A DNA stretch of 64,000 bases from Glycera tridactyla (Eukaryota): positions 13,950,001 through 14,014,000 of the forward strand of contig OZ286472.1 in NCBI GenBank assembly GCA_965644265.1, read 5' to 3'. The notes beneath the pieces are model-generated. The model made no database searches, was not told where the DNA came from, and saw only the letters and a program-made list of their open reading frames with translations. Positions 10,954 through 22,669 of this stretch are shown piece by piece. The number at the start of each line of letters is the position of its first letter. Position 1 is the first letter of the stretch. The position numbers were made by a program, and so were the translations under genes.

Positions 10954-11612
10954 AAGCTAAGTTGGTCAAGAACATTGGTGCTGGATGTTTGATGGCGATC
11001 CTGGGTGCTGATGCCTGGAAATGGAGTACTGATGTGAAGTGCTGGTGGGGCCATGCTGCTTGTGTATGCTGACCAGCTATGTTATACAGTTACTCATGTT
11101 CAACCAGTGCCCTGGTGATGACTATGTGTGTTCCATCAACGGTGTCCTCACATCTCCATGTGCCAATCATGAGGACTGCACAAGTGATGCCAGGTTGTGC
11201 AGTGACAGCGTGTACTTGACAGTTGCTGACAGTTGTCACTGGTTATTGCAGACTGTTGTCTACGGTGTTGATGCAGGATCCACTACGCCAATGTCTGATT
11301 GGACCCTGTGATTTCAATGTGCTGTTTTCTACGTGCGGGTTTCGTGTTGACATTGCTTCAGTTCCGACTTATGCCATCATCACTACTTCCACTTCATCGC
11401 CGAGTTGTGTGCATATTTATCCTACAGTCATTGTGATTATTGTGTGCCGATACATCCACTAGATGTCGTGTTCAGCTGCATACTGTACATTCCATACGCC
11501 TTCGATGCAGTGTTTGCCATTATATTTCAAGTTGTTCTGAATTCTACATAGCATAGTGACTGTGTTATCCTGAAGTCGTCTGTTCTATCTGCCGTGTGCG
11601 TCGGTGTTAATC

Positions 11613-14600
11613 ATGGTGTCATTTGGGAAGATCGGTGAGTTTGACCAGGCAAAGGAGCGCTGGGAAAATTATCACGAGCGGCTGGAACTTTTCTTCACGG
11701 CGAATGGTATCAAGGACGATGAAGATGTCAGGAAACGTGCTATTTTACTCAGTGTGATTGGTCCTAGCGCGTATGGTGTGATTCGGAACCTCACTTCTCC
11801 AAGAAAACCCAGTGAGGTTGAATATGGTGATTTGATCAAGGCTGTCAAAGGTCATTTTCAGCCGCCACCGTCTCCGATTGTGGAGAGATTCAAATTTTAC
11901 ACTAGGTTTCGTCAGACAAATGAATCTGTTGCTGAGTACATCGCTCAATTGCGAGACATTTCTGAGCATTGCGAGTTTGGGGAGTCCCTTCCTGACATGC
12001 TCCGGGACAGACTGGTCGTCGGTATAAACAGCGTGTCTATTCAAACAAAGTTGTTGTCCGAGTCATCACTCACATTTGCTAAAGCCTTGGAACTTGCTCA
12101 GGGTTTAGAGGCTGCTGAGAGAAATGCCCGTGATCTGAAGTGCGAGTTTCCGAAACCTCAGCCATCTGACAGTGTTCACAAGATGCAAACACCTCGGGAC
12201 AGGTCTTCTTCAAAGAGTTTTTCGTCTCCCAATCCAAAGGGGGGAGGAGTCATACCCTCTTGGCTCCAGGGAAAATGTATGCGTTGTGGTGAAGGTGGAC
12301 ACAAAGCAGATGAATGCAAGTGCAAAAATGTCACATGCAGGTATTGCAATAAACAGGGTCATATTGAGCGTGTTTGCCTCAAACGATTGTCGAAACCAGG
12401 TAACAACGTGGTATCCAATGACAAAGGACATAAATCACATTTTGTAAACCTTGAAAACGTTCAGGATGAACTACAGTCACCACATTATTCGTCAGATGCT
12501 GCACAGCACAGGTACCATGTTCCGAGTGCTTCAAGTTCCCAAGAGTATGATATATTTTACCATCGTGGTACTACTAGTGAAGATCCACTGCGTGTCAACA
12601 TGCACATAAACAATGCTTTTGTGAACATGGAAATTGATACTGGTGCCTCAATCACGCTCATGAGTGAACAGACATACAAACAGCTGTGGTCGAAACAGAC
12701 ACAAAATCGCCCACAGCTCGACTCTGCAAAGGTAGTTGTGAGAACATATACAGGGGAGCAGGTAGATGTGTTGGGAAGTGCCATGGTCCAGGTTCATTAC
12801 ATGCAAAGTGAACAAACATTGCCTATTCATGTTGTTCGAGGTACAGGTCCGACATTGCTTGGACGGGATTGGCTACGCCAATTACGTCTAAACTGGTCAG
12901 AGATCAAATATGTTGATTGTGAGTCTCACACGGGTAGATTACAGCAAATTCTCAACAAGCATGTAAAGGTTTTCAATGATGAGCTAGGGACATTGCGGAA
13001 CATAAAAGCAAAGATCATTGTTGATGAAAATGCTGATCCGAAATTCCATAAGGCCCGACCTTTGCCATATGCTATGCGTGAAAAAGTAGAGGATGAGTTG
13101 GACAGGTTGCAGCGTGAAGGGGTCATTGCACCTGTTGAATTTGCTGATTGGGCTACTCCCATTGTAGTTATCACCAAACCTGATAAATCTGTACGTATTT
13201 GTGGGGACTACAATGTAACCATAAATAAGGCCACGAAAATTGACAAATATCCACTCCCACGTATTGAAGATTTGTATGCCACAATATCTGGTGGTCAGCG
13301 GTTTACCAAGCTTGACCTACGTAGTGCCTATCAACAGATGCTACTCACTGATGATTCAAAACCCTATGTTACCATCAACACACATCGTGGGTTATATTCT
13401 TATAATCGCTTGCCATTTGGGGTAAATTCGGCTCCTGCCATATTTCAAAGAGTTATGGACAACATTGTGAAGGGTATTCCACATACCACAGTCTACCTCG
13501 ACGACATTTTGGTCACTGGTCACACTGCAGATGAACACTTGACAAATTTGAATACAGTTCTCCAATGTTTGGAGGATGCTGGGTTACGTTTCAAGAAAAA
13601 CAAATGCTCATTCTTTGTCAAAGAAATTGATTATCTTGGTTACAAATTGGACTCAGTTGGTCTACATCCACAGAAAGAAAAACTGCGTCCAATACTTGAG
13701 GTACCAATCCCTCAGAACAAATCTGAACTTCAGTCCTTCTTAGGAATGGTGAATTACTATTCCCGTTTTATTGCCAACTGCTCGACACTGTTAGCGCCAC
13801 TTAATGCCCTGCTCCATGATGATGTACCCTGGATTTGGAATGATAAAGAGCAGAAGGCTTTTGAGGCAGCTAAACAGGCACTTACATCTTCTGAGGTATT
13901 GGTCCATTATGACTCAAAGAAACCACTTATCCTGAATTGTGATGCCTCTCCTTTTGGAGCATCTGCTGTTCTCTCTCACAGATTTAGTGATGGTGCTGAA
14001 AGACCTATTGCCTTTGCCTCTCGAACTCTTTCCAGTGCAGAAAGAAACTACAGTCAGTTGGACAAGGAAGCATTGGCAGTAGTGTTTGGTGTCAAGAAGT
14101 TTCACCAGTATGTTTACGGTCGAGAGTTCGAAATATATACTGATCACAAACCATTGGTGTCAATATTTGGAAAAGAGAAAGGTCTGAGCCAAATGACTTC
14201 CCCTCGTATGCAGCGTTGGTACTTGTCGTTATCTGCGTATGATTATGAACTTCATTTCAAACAAGGTAAATTGAATGGAAACGCAGACGCGTTGAGTCGA
14301 TTACCTCTTCCAGACACACCTGTTGATACACCTGTTCCCACTGAAGTTATTTTGTTGATGGAGAAACTTGACTCATCACCCATTAACTCACACATGATCA
14401 AGCAGTGGACCACTCATGATCCTGTGTTGTCAGAAGTTTTGCAGTATGTCATGCAGGGGTGGCCACCAGACAAGATTGATGATGAGAGATTGCAACCTTA
14501 TGCCCAACGCAAGTTTGAAATTAGTACGCAAGGTGGCTGCCTATTGTGGGGATCTAGAATCATTGTACCACCTCCGGGGAGGGTTAAGATCCTACAGGAA

Positions 14601-15650
14601 TTACATGCTTGTCATCCTGGTATGTCTCGTATGAAGAGTTTTGCTCGAAACTATGTATGGTGGCCTAAATTGGACAGTGACATTGAATCTATTGTGAATG
14701 CATGCCATGAATGTCAGGTGAATCAGCGCACGCCACCCGAGGTACCAATGCATCCCTGGCAGTTTCCACAAAGGCCCTGGGATCGAGTTCATATAGACTA
14801 TTTGGGTCCGTTCATGAACACTATGGTTCTTGTATTGAAAGATGCTCATACAAAATGGATTGAAGCCATACCCGTGAGCTCCGCAACTGCTGAAAACACT
14901 ATTCGTGAATTGCGCCACATTTTCGCGACACATGGAATTCCCATGTCTATTGTTTCTGACAATGGTACCACATTTACTGCTCGTGAATTTCAGGAATTCT
15001 TGCGAAAAAATGGTATTCGTCATATTACTTCTCCGCCCTATCATCCGGCATCGAATGGTCTTGCCAAAGGTGCGGTGAAAATAGTCAAGGAAGGCTTGCG
15101 GAAACTGACTGATGGCGATTTGCAAACAAAACTTGATCGGTTCTTGTTCAAGTACAGAAATACACCTCACTCCACAACTGGGTGTACCCCTGCTGAACTT
15201 TTGTTCAGGCGGCGACCCAGATCTCAATTCGATCTTTTACGACCTGATTTAAACGTCAAAGTTCAGGACAAACAATTCCGGCAGAAGGAATATCATGATG
15301 CTCACACACGATCTCGCGTTTTCGAAGGGGGCGACCCTGTGTATATCAATAGACAGATGCGAGGTACACCATGGTTGCCAGCTGAAGTTAGGGGCCAGGA
15401 AGGGCAGATTGTGTACACCGATTTGCCAGATGGGCGTGTTGCTAGACGACATTTGGATCAGGTAACAGCCCGTACAGATCAAACAGGTGGCGAACCTGAA
15501 TCACCTGCTCAAAACCCTCCACAGATTGCTGACATACATGGGGGTCAGCCATGCAGGCAGGTTTCTGGAGAGCCAGGGTTTTCTGCAAGTCCAATGCCAT
15601 TGCGTCGCTCTGATCGCATTCGACGCCCTGTAGAGAAATTGAATCTGTGA
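11613..15650 (+). CDS. Gag-Pol polyprotein (1345 aa from ATG 11613)
   Basis: Two CCHC knuckles (CMRCGEGGHKADEC, CRYCNKQGHIERVC), aspartic protease DTGAS, RT YLDD, RNase H CDAS, integrase HHCC and D,D(35)E core with E replaced by K. Confidence 0.95.
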   Translation: MVSFGKIGEFDQAKERWENYHERLELFFTANGIKDDEDVRKRAILLSVIGPSAYGVIRNLTSPRKPSEVEYGDLIKAVKGHFQPPPSPIVERFKFYTRFRQTNESVAEYIAQLRDISEHCEFGESLPDMLRDRLVVGINSVSIQTKLLSESSLTFAKALELAQGLEAAERNARDLKCEFPKPQPSDSVHKMQTPRDRSSSKSFSSPNPKGGGVIPSWLQGKCMRCGEGGHKADECKCKNVTCRYCNKQGHIERVCLKRLSKPGNNVVSNDKGHKSHFVNLENVQDELQSPHYSSDAAQHRYHVPSASSSQEYDIFYHRGTTSEDPLRVNMHINNAFVNMEIDTGASITLMSEQTYKQLWSKQTQNRPQLDSAKVVVRTYTGEQVDVLGSAMVQVHYMQSEQTLPIHVVRGTGPTLLGRDWLRQLRLNWSEIKYVDCESHTGRLQQILNKHVKVFNDELGTLRNIKAKIIVDENADPKFHKARPLPYAMREKVEDELDRLQREGVIAPVEFADWATPIVVITKPDKSVRICGDYNVTINKATKIDKYPLPRIEDLYATISGGQRFTKLDLRSAYQQMLLTDDSKPYVTINTHRGLYSYNRLPFGVNSAPAIFQRVMDNIVKGIPHTTVYLDDILVTGHTADEHLTNLNTVLQCLEDAGLRFKKNKCSFFVKEIDYLGYKLDSVGLHPQKEKLRPILEVPIPQNKSELQSFLGMVNYYSRFIANCSTLLAPLNALLHDDVPWIWNDKEQKAFEAAKQALTSSEVLVHYDSKKPLILNCDASPFGASAVLSHRFSDGAERPIAFASRTLSSAERNYSQLDKEALAVVFGVKKFHQYVYGREFEIYTDHKPLVSIFGKEKGLSQMTSPRMQRWYLSLSAYDYELHFKQGKLNGNADALSRLPLPDTPVDTPVPTEVILLMEKLDSSPINSHMIKQWTTHDPVLSEVLQYVMQGWPPDKIDDERLQPYAQRKFEISTQGGCLLWGSRIIVPPPGRVKILQELHACHPGMSRMKSFARNYVWWPKLDSDIESIVNACHECQVNQRTPPEVPMHPWQFPQRPWDRVHIDYLGPFMNTMVLVLKDAHTKWIEAIPVSSATAENTIRELRHIFATHGIPMSIVSDNGTTFTAREFQEFLRKNGIRHITSPPYHPASNGLAKGAVKIVKEGLRKLTDGDLQTKLDRFLFKYRNTPHSTTGCTPAELLFRRRPRSQFDLLRPDLNVKVQDKQFRQKEYHDAHTRSRVFEGGDPVYINRQMRGTPWLPAEVRGQEGQIVYTDLPDGRVARRHLDQVTARTDQTGGEPESPAQNPPQIADIHGGQPCRQVSGEPGFSASPMPLRRSDRIRRPVEKLNL

Positions 15651-15768
15651 AATAGATGTTATCCATGCCCCTATCCTTGATTTTACTTGTACTGTTGTTT
15701 ATGCAGTTTTCATTTATGTGTTGTATGTTGTGAGTAACCGATTTTTGCTCATATGAAAAACTGGCACT

Positions 15769-15782
15769 AAAAGGGGGAGGAA
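15769..15782 (+). promoter_or_regulatory. polypurine tract
   Basis: AAAAGGGGGAGGAA immediately 5' of the 3' LTR. Confidence 0.9.
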
Positions 15783-15978
15783 TGTTATATATCATCGTTG
15801 AGGCACCAGGACAATCCAGATAGTCACCATCTTGCATTGTTGTGTATGTGTCCTGAGTGCTGATTGGCCAGTACTCTGTGTATTGTTTTCCATTGTCAAA
15901 GAGGGTGGCTACAACATCATCAACTGGTTTGTTCTTTCCGGAACCTTTTCCAAGGTAAAACCATCTCAAGATACACCA
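15783..15978 (+). repeat. 3' LTR
   Basis: Direct repeat of 10741-10936, followed by TSD AGCTC. Confidence 0.95.
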
Positions 15979-16379
15979 AGCTCACAAAGGACTGTATTGC
16001 GATTTGTTTTATGCCCATGCATTGGGCATGGGAACAGCCATGCACAGAGCATTTGAATAGCCATGGGACACCAAATAGATAAATTTCACAGACACTCAAT
16101 ATGTTATCTCTGATGACTTCCATGGTTGGATGAACATCGCCATCCATCATATGTATCCATCCAGCTGTGGGTGCATCACACAGAAACAGATACACCTACT
16201 GTAGTGTGGTTGGCAACAGGCTGACAAGATGGCACCCAGAATAAACAAATCCGCGCAATCAACATCAAATTGGACCAGCCATATCCCTCACCTGCTATGG
16301 AAACCATGTATAAGTCACATCAGATCGTTTTACAACTTCTGATCTCTCTCGAACATCGCAATGTGTCCCTGATGCGTTG

Positions 16380-16640
16380 ATACCTGACAAAATCGTTGCT
16401 AAATCAAGGTGAACGTGACAATAATATTTGTGGAAAGGGCGCCGCCATTTTGTCTAGATCATGTGATCTCAGCGCGGGCGCTGATTGGTCGGCCCTTTTT
16501 AGGCTGACGCTGCAGTGGATCTGTCAAAGATGGCATCGTACAGACAAGGTCAGTGTAAAATTTGTTTATTTGCACCGAGGTAACGTCATCAAAATTGTGG
16601 TTATATGGTACTTCAATATATCGCGCATGCCACGAACTCG
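16380..16640. promoter_or_regulatory. candidate CpG-rich bidirectional promoter
   Basis: Divergent AANATGGC (YY1-like) motifs at 16441-16452 (-) and 16526-16534 (+), CCAAT box (CTGATTGG 16481-16488), donor-like sites on both sides (16383 and 16291 on -, 16549 on +). Confidence 0.5.
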
Positions 16641-17139
16641 CTTTTTGCTTTGTAAATGCTGTCATTTCGCGTGAGAAGGGAAGACATCCGAGGGGGTATT
16701 CCTCAGGCTTGAGGTTCCCCACTTGAGCACCCCCTGGCAGGTATGTGCCAGCTTGGAAGCCGGCGAAGGTCAGATGTTTTGCAGGGGTAAAACGGGGGCA
16801 ACGGTAAATGTGGCCTGATTATCGCATCTTTATGGCACGAGAAATGTATTTTATCAGAGCAGCGAGCATGACAGTTCCTAGAGTGGACGTATTTCCCACA
16901 TGGGTAGCTGTCAGCGATATGCTCGGTGGTGAATTTAGGGGCACGCCCCCTTTTTGCACTGCAGAGTTCAAAGGTTCACCATAATATTCCCAAGTCTCGG
17001 CGAAGCTGTCTGCACCAAGAAGGGGTGCTGGAACTTTCACATTGGTCCCATGTTTACTCTCAGCTGTCCATCTGAGGCAAATGACTGCCAATGGTAGAAT
17101 GGCACACTCATGGGTTGAGACTTGAAGGTGAAACTGGTA

Positions 17140-17301
17140 CAGTCAAACCTCTATAAAGACCGCCTTCAATTGTGCCAAAAAGTGGCGGCCTTTATAGGGA
17201 CATGATCTTTATAGGGGAGTCATTAACTGTTGAAAATACTACCATGGTCACAGCTCAGGGTGGCCTTTATAGAGAGGTGGTCTTTAGAGGAGGTTTGACT
17301 G
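17140..17301. mobile_element. pogo/Tc1-like MITE, family A (CTCTATAAAGACCAC internal motif)
   Basis: TA|CAGTCAAACCT...AGGTTTGACTG|TA. Confidence 0.9.
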
Positions 17302-20300
17302 TAATTGGGGTGAATTCGAGCAGGCCTGGGACTGTTATCAGGCTATTGCTGGATATTCTTCCAAGTTTGGAGTCCACACAGAATGATGGATATTCAATGT
17401 ACTCACATATTGCTTCAGTTGAACATGGTGAAAGATTGAGTACCTTACGGTACATATTCTATAGGGAGCCAGGGAAGGTTTACTACATGGTGTATTGTGA
17501 GTAGGATAGTAAGCCTCAGCCCAGTACGGGGCAGTCCAACCTTACTGGATTTGTCTCTTCCATTGTCCACTGACAGGCTATATCAGGTACAAAGCACATT
17601 GTGTCAAATTCTGAAGCAAACTACTACTAGAAGAGTGGTCACCCCCAATATGTGATGAACCTCAGCTTGTGGGTCATAGCTAGAGAGGATTACAATCACA
17701 TTATAATGCCCTGAAATACGTCACAGGCAGAGCAATGTCACAAAATTGCAGTATTCAAAGAATGGTATGTCATCAGGGGCATGTTGGACTATGGTATATA
17801 GAGACGCTGTCAGTGAAACTTTCATCCTGGGTTGGCATCTGGGTCAAGTGATTTGAGTGCAATCATTCTGGTTCAGCCCTGACTGCAGCGCTGCATAACA
17901 CAAAGAAGAGGTCTTAATTGGGTCATACAGCTTTGGGACAGGGAGCACTCAGTGCTGAACCTGTTTCACAACACAGATTGATTATAGAATCTGGGCTTGT
18001 GAGGGGGGGGGGGGGGGGACAACTGTGCAGAGGTAACTAAGCATCCTGACTCTTTCTCTTTTGTAGCCTGCTTAGTGGGTAAGTACTGCAGGGATGTTAT
18101 TGCTTCATAGATATGCTGATTTCCGTGTTTTTGATCACAGATTCAGCAATTTATGCACATGGATGAAGAGGACATTTCATGCTGCTTATTTGGGCTTTTA
18201 GATCATGAAAATTGGACCAGAATTAGTGTGTAGTTATAGTAGCCATTATTTTGCAGTTATTGGGGTTTCTTGGTCCACAAAATCTTGGTTAAAGGATCTC
18301 TGGTCAGGTTTTAAGGAATTTTGCTTGAAACCAATCACATCCTTGGTACTGGTATGTGTAATAGGCTTTAGACCCCCCACCCCCCCCCCCCCCCCCCACC
18401 CCCCACCCCCCAAAAAAGACTGAGAAAGTCTCAAGCATGACCAGGCCTGCCAAGTGCCTTGAATGCTGGTCACTCATGAATGACTTGCCTTGCAGAATAT
18501 CTTTGTCCCCCACACACACAGACACAGATATGGATGTGAGGCAGCTGGTTTACCTGTGGCTACGGACATTCTACGACTCTGTTGTCTCTGAGCATCCAGA
18601 TAACATCTGCTATCACTTAGGATCTCAGTCAAGGCTTGAAAAAATCTGTGTTGCAGAAGAAATGTTTTGAGTTTGCTTTTTTGTCAAGTAGAGCCTGTAG
18701 TATCTGAGATCTAATTGGAGCGAATTGGAAATAAAACTGCATATTGTTACAGAATAGGCCATCAAAATAAAAAATAAAACAGAATCTCGCAGTCATTTCT
18801 CAGAACTATCAGGATTTGCTGCAGTTTCGAAAGTTTCTGTTCTTGTTGATTGTCAAGTATTGTCACAGACACTGCTGGATTTCATGAAATTTGCCTAAGA
18901 AAGAGATTTTGTGAGAGATCAGGATAATGAATGTTGAAAATGGATTACATAGATTGCTCTAAAAAAAATCAAGTAGGATGGGCCAAGTTTCGAGACAGAC
19001 TTCTCCAAGCCCTGCTCAGTTGGTCTTCTACCTTGGGAATCCAAATTGATAAGTATTGAAAACACATGAGTGTGGGCAGTGAGGCTGCAAGTGTCTGTCA
19101 CCCGATGAACTTTGAACCTGTTTGTATTGGGAGGGGGGAGAGGAGGTCACTGCTCTGAGATCCAGTGCTCCCACTGGTGGGGGTTACTGTCTCGAGCATT
19201 GTGACCCCACTGACCTCACTATATGTGTGATCTCTTGTCTGACGGCTGGTCCAGGTTCAGCCTGATTCATTTCATACCAGCGCTGCATATAGCTGCATGT
19301 TAGGAAAGACCTCACTTGCGCACCGCCCTACTTTCATATTCATTCTGCACCCCTGATTCCGAGAATGTCCTTCCTCACCTCTCAGTCTTGAGAATTTCTT
19401 ATTCAGTTGTTTGTTAGCTGCCAGTGTCAGGGCCTTACTTTTTACCACAGGGTGTATCTTCACATAGGATGATAAATCCTGTATCTTCAGACACTACTTA
19501 TTGAAGTTCGCTCTTATTTAATATTTTTTCATACTCATGGTGAAGGCCCAATCTTGTAAGACCAATTCCTGTTTCTGACTGGTAGAACTTCTCCTTATGA
19601 TGATATTACTGGGATTGTGTGAGTTTGAGATGACCACTTTTGAATAACAGTTGGGAGTGTTATGTTAGGGATTGCCAAATTCCGGCAAAATATGAGCCTT
19701 TTTTGCCCATTAATGCAGATTCCATGTGCTGTTTCATATATTTTAATCGAGAATTATATCTGACTACATGTAATTGTCAGCCAATATGAATCAAATTCTC
19801 TTGAGTAATAGAAAGTCCAATTTTCTGATATAAAGAGGTAATTGTCAGACAGTGAGTGAACTTATGTTTGACAAATTGTAACAAATGCTGAGAGTCTACA
19901 AAAAGTCACAGTGCACGAAGTAACAATATCCCCTTGATGTTCATGTAACCATTCTGAACCGGTGCAGGGTGGGAATTCCAGGCCATTCTTAATTCATCGC
20001 ATGTTCACTCAACCGTGACTATTGTCCTGGTGTCGGTAGTTCACCTGTGTCAGCTCAGCCAACTGGATCCAGCATCTCCCTTGTACAAATAAACGTTGAT
20101 GATCCAACTGCCTGGCTGAATTTATTTGCCTTAGATGGTATGTCAACAGTTGCGTGACTTACTCTCCCAACATGTCATCCCCGAGTTGCCATGTTATTAT
20201 TATATGCAGTGTCACAGATTACATTGTTTCTCCACGCCAAACATTCAATCAGTGCTCAAGAATGTTGGTGGTCCGAGACGCTCAAACTCCATTTTTGGCT

Positions 20301-20482
20301 TCTTGGTTCATTACCATCTCCTTCCATGGGTCAGTTTGCCCGACAGTTTCATCCTTATTAGCTATTGTTGAATGCGGGATGGCCCATCATTTTTGTGTCA
20401 AGGTCAATTATATATGTATTTGTACTTCATGAGCCACAAGCACCTGGTAACTTGCAAAGAGAAATTGGAGTCCTGTTTTTTT

Positions 20483-22156
20483 TTATACCCCGCTCTTGAA
20501 AAAGCGGGGTATTATAGTTTCACCTCCGGCGTCCGTATGTACGTACGTACGTCCGTCCGTCCGCTCATATTTCATGCAAAAACTTTGAATTGGCTGGTCC
20601 AATTTTCATGAAACTTTATAAATGTAATCTAGGTAAAAATCATATTCGAGAATTTGATTTTTGTACCCAAAGGTCGAAGGTCAAGGTCACAGGAGCTATT
20701 TATAGATTTTCTGATTTTACACTAACTCAAGCTAGCCTCAATGGATATGCTCCAAACTCACACAAAGTCATCACCCATTGGTGGGCCACCTCCCTTTCGT
20801 TGCATGTGACCCTAGGTCGAAGGTCAAGGTCACAGGAGCTATTTATAGATTTTCTGATTTTACACTCTAACTCAAGCTAGCCTCAATGGATATGCTCCAA
20901 ACTTACACAAAGTAATCACCCATTGGTGGGCCACCGCCCTCTTGTTGCATGTGACCCTAGGTCAAAGGTCAAGGTCACAGGAGCTATTTATAGATTTTCT
21001 TATTTTACACTCTAACTCAAGCTAGCCTCAATGGATATGCTCCAAAGTCATCACCCATTGGTGGGCCACCTCCCTTTCGTTGCATGTGACCCTAGGTCAA
21101 AGGTCAAGGTCACAGGAGCTATTTATAGATTTTCTGATTTTACACTCCAACTCAAGCTAGCCTCAATGGATATGCACCAAACTCACACAAAGTAATCACC
21201 CATTGGTGGGCCACCTCCCTTTCGTTGCATGTGACCCTAGGTCAAAGGTCAAGGTCACAGGAGCTATTTATAGATTTTCTTATTTACACTCTAACTCAAG
21301 CTAGCCTCAATGGATACGCACCAAACTTACACAAAGTAATGACCTAATGGTGAGCCACCTCATTTTCGTGGCATGTGACCCTAGGTCAAAGGTCAGTCAC
21401 ATGAGCTATTTATTGATTTTCTTATTTTACACTCTAACTCAAATTAGCATTGATGGATAGGCACCAAACTTACACAAAGTAATGACCCAATGGTGGGCCA
21501 CTGCCCTTTCGTTGCATTCGACCCTAGGTCAAAGGTCAAGGTCACAGGAGTTATTTATAGATTTTCTCATCTTACACTCTAACTCAAGCTAGCTTCAATG
21601 GATATGCACCAGACTTACCCAAAGTATTGATGTAATGGTAGGCCACCTCTCTTTCGATGCATTTGACCCTGGGTCAAAGGTCAAGGTCACATGAGCTATT
21701 GATTTTCTTATTTTACGCTCTAACTCAAATTAGCATTGATGGATATGCACCAAACTTACCCAAAGTAATGATTTAATGATGGACCAACTCCCATTCAATG
21801 CATGTGACCCTAGGTCAAAGGTCAAGGTCACAGGAGCTATTCATAAATTTTCTCATTTTACACTCCAGCTCAAGCTTGCATTGGTTGATATGCACCAAAG
21901 TTTCACAACATAATGACCCAATGGTGAGATATCTCCCATTCGATGCAGGTGACCCTAAGTCATAGGTTGAGTTGAAGGTTTCAGGTGCTACTGTTAGATT
22001 TTCTTATTCTACACAGTGATCCAGTGACTCATCACATAGCCAACCAAACACCACAATGACCTTTTCCGATGTGGGTTACCCACTGTGCTTCCGTGTGCGA
22101 TATGGGTTACCCACTGTGCTCCCGTGTGCGGGGTATCTTGCCCCTCTGTGGCCTTG
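20483..22156 (+). mobile_element. non-autonomous Helentron-type element (HINE / pearl-like) with internal satellite array
   Basis: T-run, subTIR ATACCCCGCT (20485-20494) with IR AGCGGGGTAT (20503-20512), GTAC/GTCC microsatellite (~20531-20562), tandem array, 3' subTIR GCGGGGTAT (22128-22136), CTTG|TT end. Confidence 0.85.
20671..22013 (+). repeat. satellite array, 9 full monomers of 135-145 bp plus a degenerate tenth
   Basis: The AGGTCAAAGGTCAAGGTCAC box starts at 20671, 20814, 20959, 21094, 21239, 21383, 21526, 21671, 21812 and (degenerate) 21957. Confidence 0.95.
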
Positions 22157-22669
22157 TTCTCACTTAGTAAGTAGTGCTCCTGCAATACTCATCCAAGGGC
22201 AGAACTTCAGTTTGTTGGTGCATGGTGACTATTGGTGAGTTCATGAAGACCAACTGTGCCGTGGATGTGTAGGAGGTAATGGGCCTAAGGACCCATTCTT
22301 AGACCAAAGCAGGTCTGCATAGTTCGCATGGTTACTTCTTATGAAAACCCGGTACACGTTGTTTGTCCATAGAAACCCCCCCCCAGTTTGCAAAATTGGA
22401 TTGAATTTTACACGTGGCTGTATTATCAAATTCACAATTGTTCTGCCAAGGCTGTGAAAATATTGCCTGATTCCCCTCTCAACTCATGAATATTCATACA
22501 TTGGTTGCTGTATTAGGAGATGAACGTTTGATCCAGCCCATTCTGGCTCGACTCTCAGCTACTCATGAAGCATGAAGATTAATGATCACATATGTCATAT
22601 ACAGATTGCAAACAATTAAAACCCTCACAATGCCACATTTTCTGCCCTGCTGCTGTGGATTTACATGTA

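Larger units (their letters stand above)
10741..15978 (+). mobile_element. full-length Ty3/Gypsy LTR retrotransposon (Mag-like organisation)
   Basis: TG...CA 196-bp LTRs, 5-bp TSD AGCTC (10736-10740 and 15979-15983), PBS, PPT, and a single gag-pol ORF with domain order PR-RT-RH-IN. Confidence 0.97.
10157..16302. repeat. local tandem duplication of a 430-bp unit, second copy split by the Gypsy element
   Basis: Copy 1 is 10157-10586. Copy 2 is 10630-10740 plus 15984-16302, with high identity to copy 1. Confidence 0.85.

Noticed and set aside
10940-11612. Extra ORF (env-like or accessory) in the 670-bp Gypsy leader
   Set aside because: I found stops in the frames I translated on both strands, and the short track ORFs have no recognisable motifs.
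11745-15482. Antisense and alternate-frame ORFs within gag-pol
   Set aside because: They are shadow frames of the real coding sequence.
17577-18078. Possible plus-strand micro-exons (10 nt near 17577; 12 nt at 18067-18078 with strong splice sites)
   Set aside because: I could not join them to the 16530 start and the next acceptor (~18149) in a continuing open frame with a downstream donor. They are unsupported without RNA data.
20671-22013. CRISPR-like appearance of regularly spaced conserved boxes
   Set aside because: The intervening sequences are homologous to each other, so this is a tandem satellite in a eukaryotic element.
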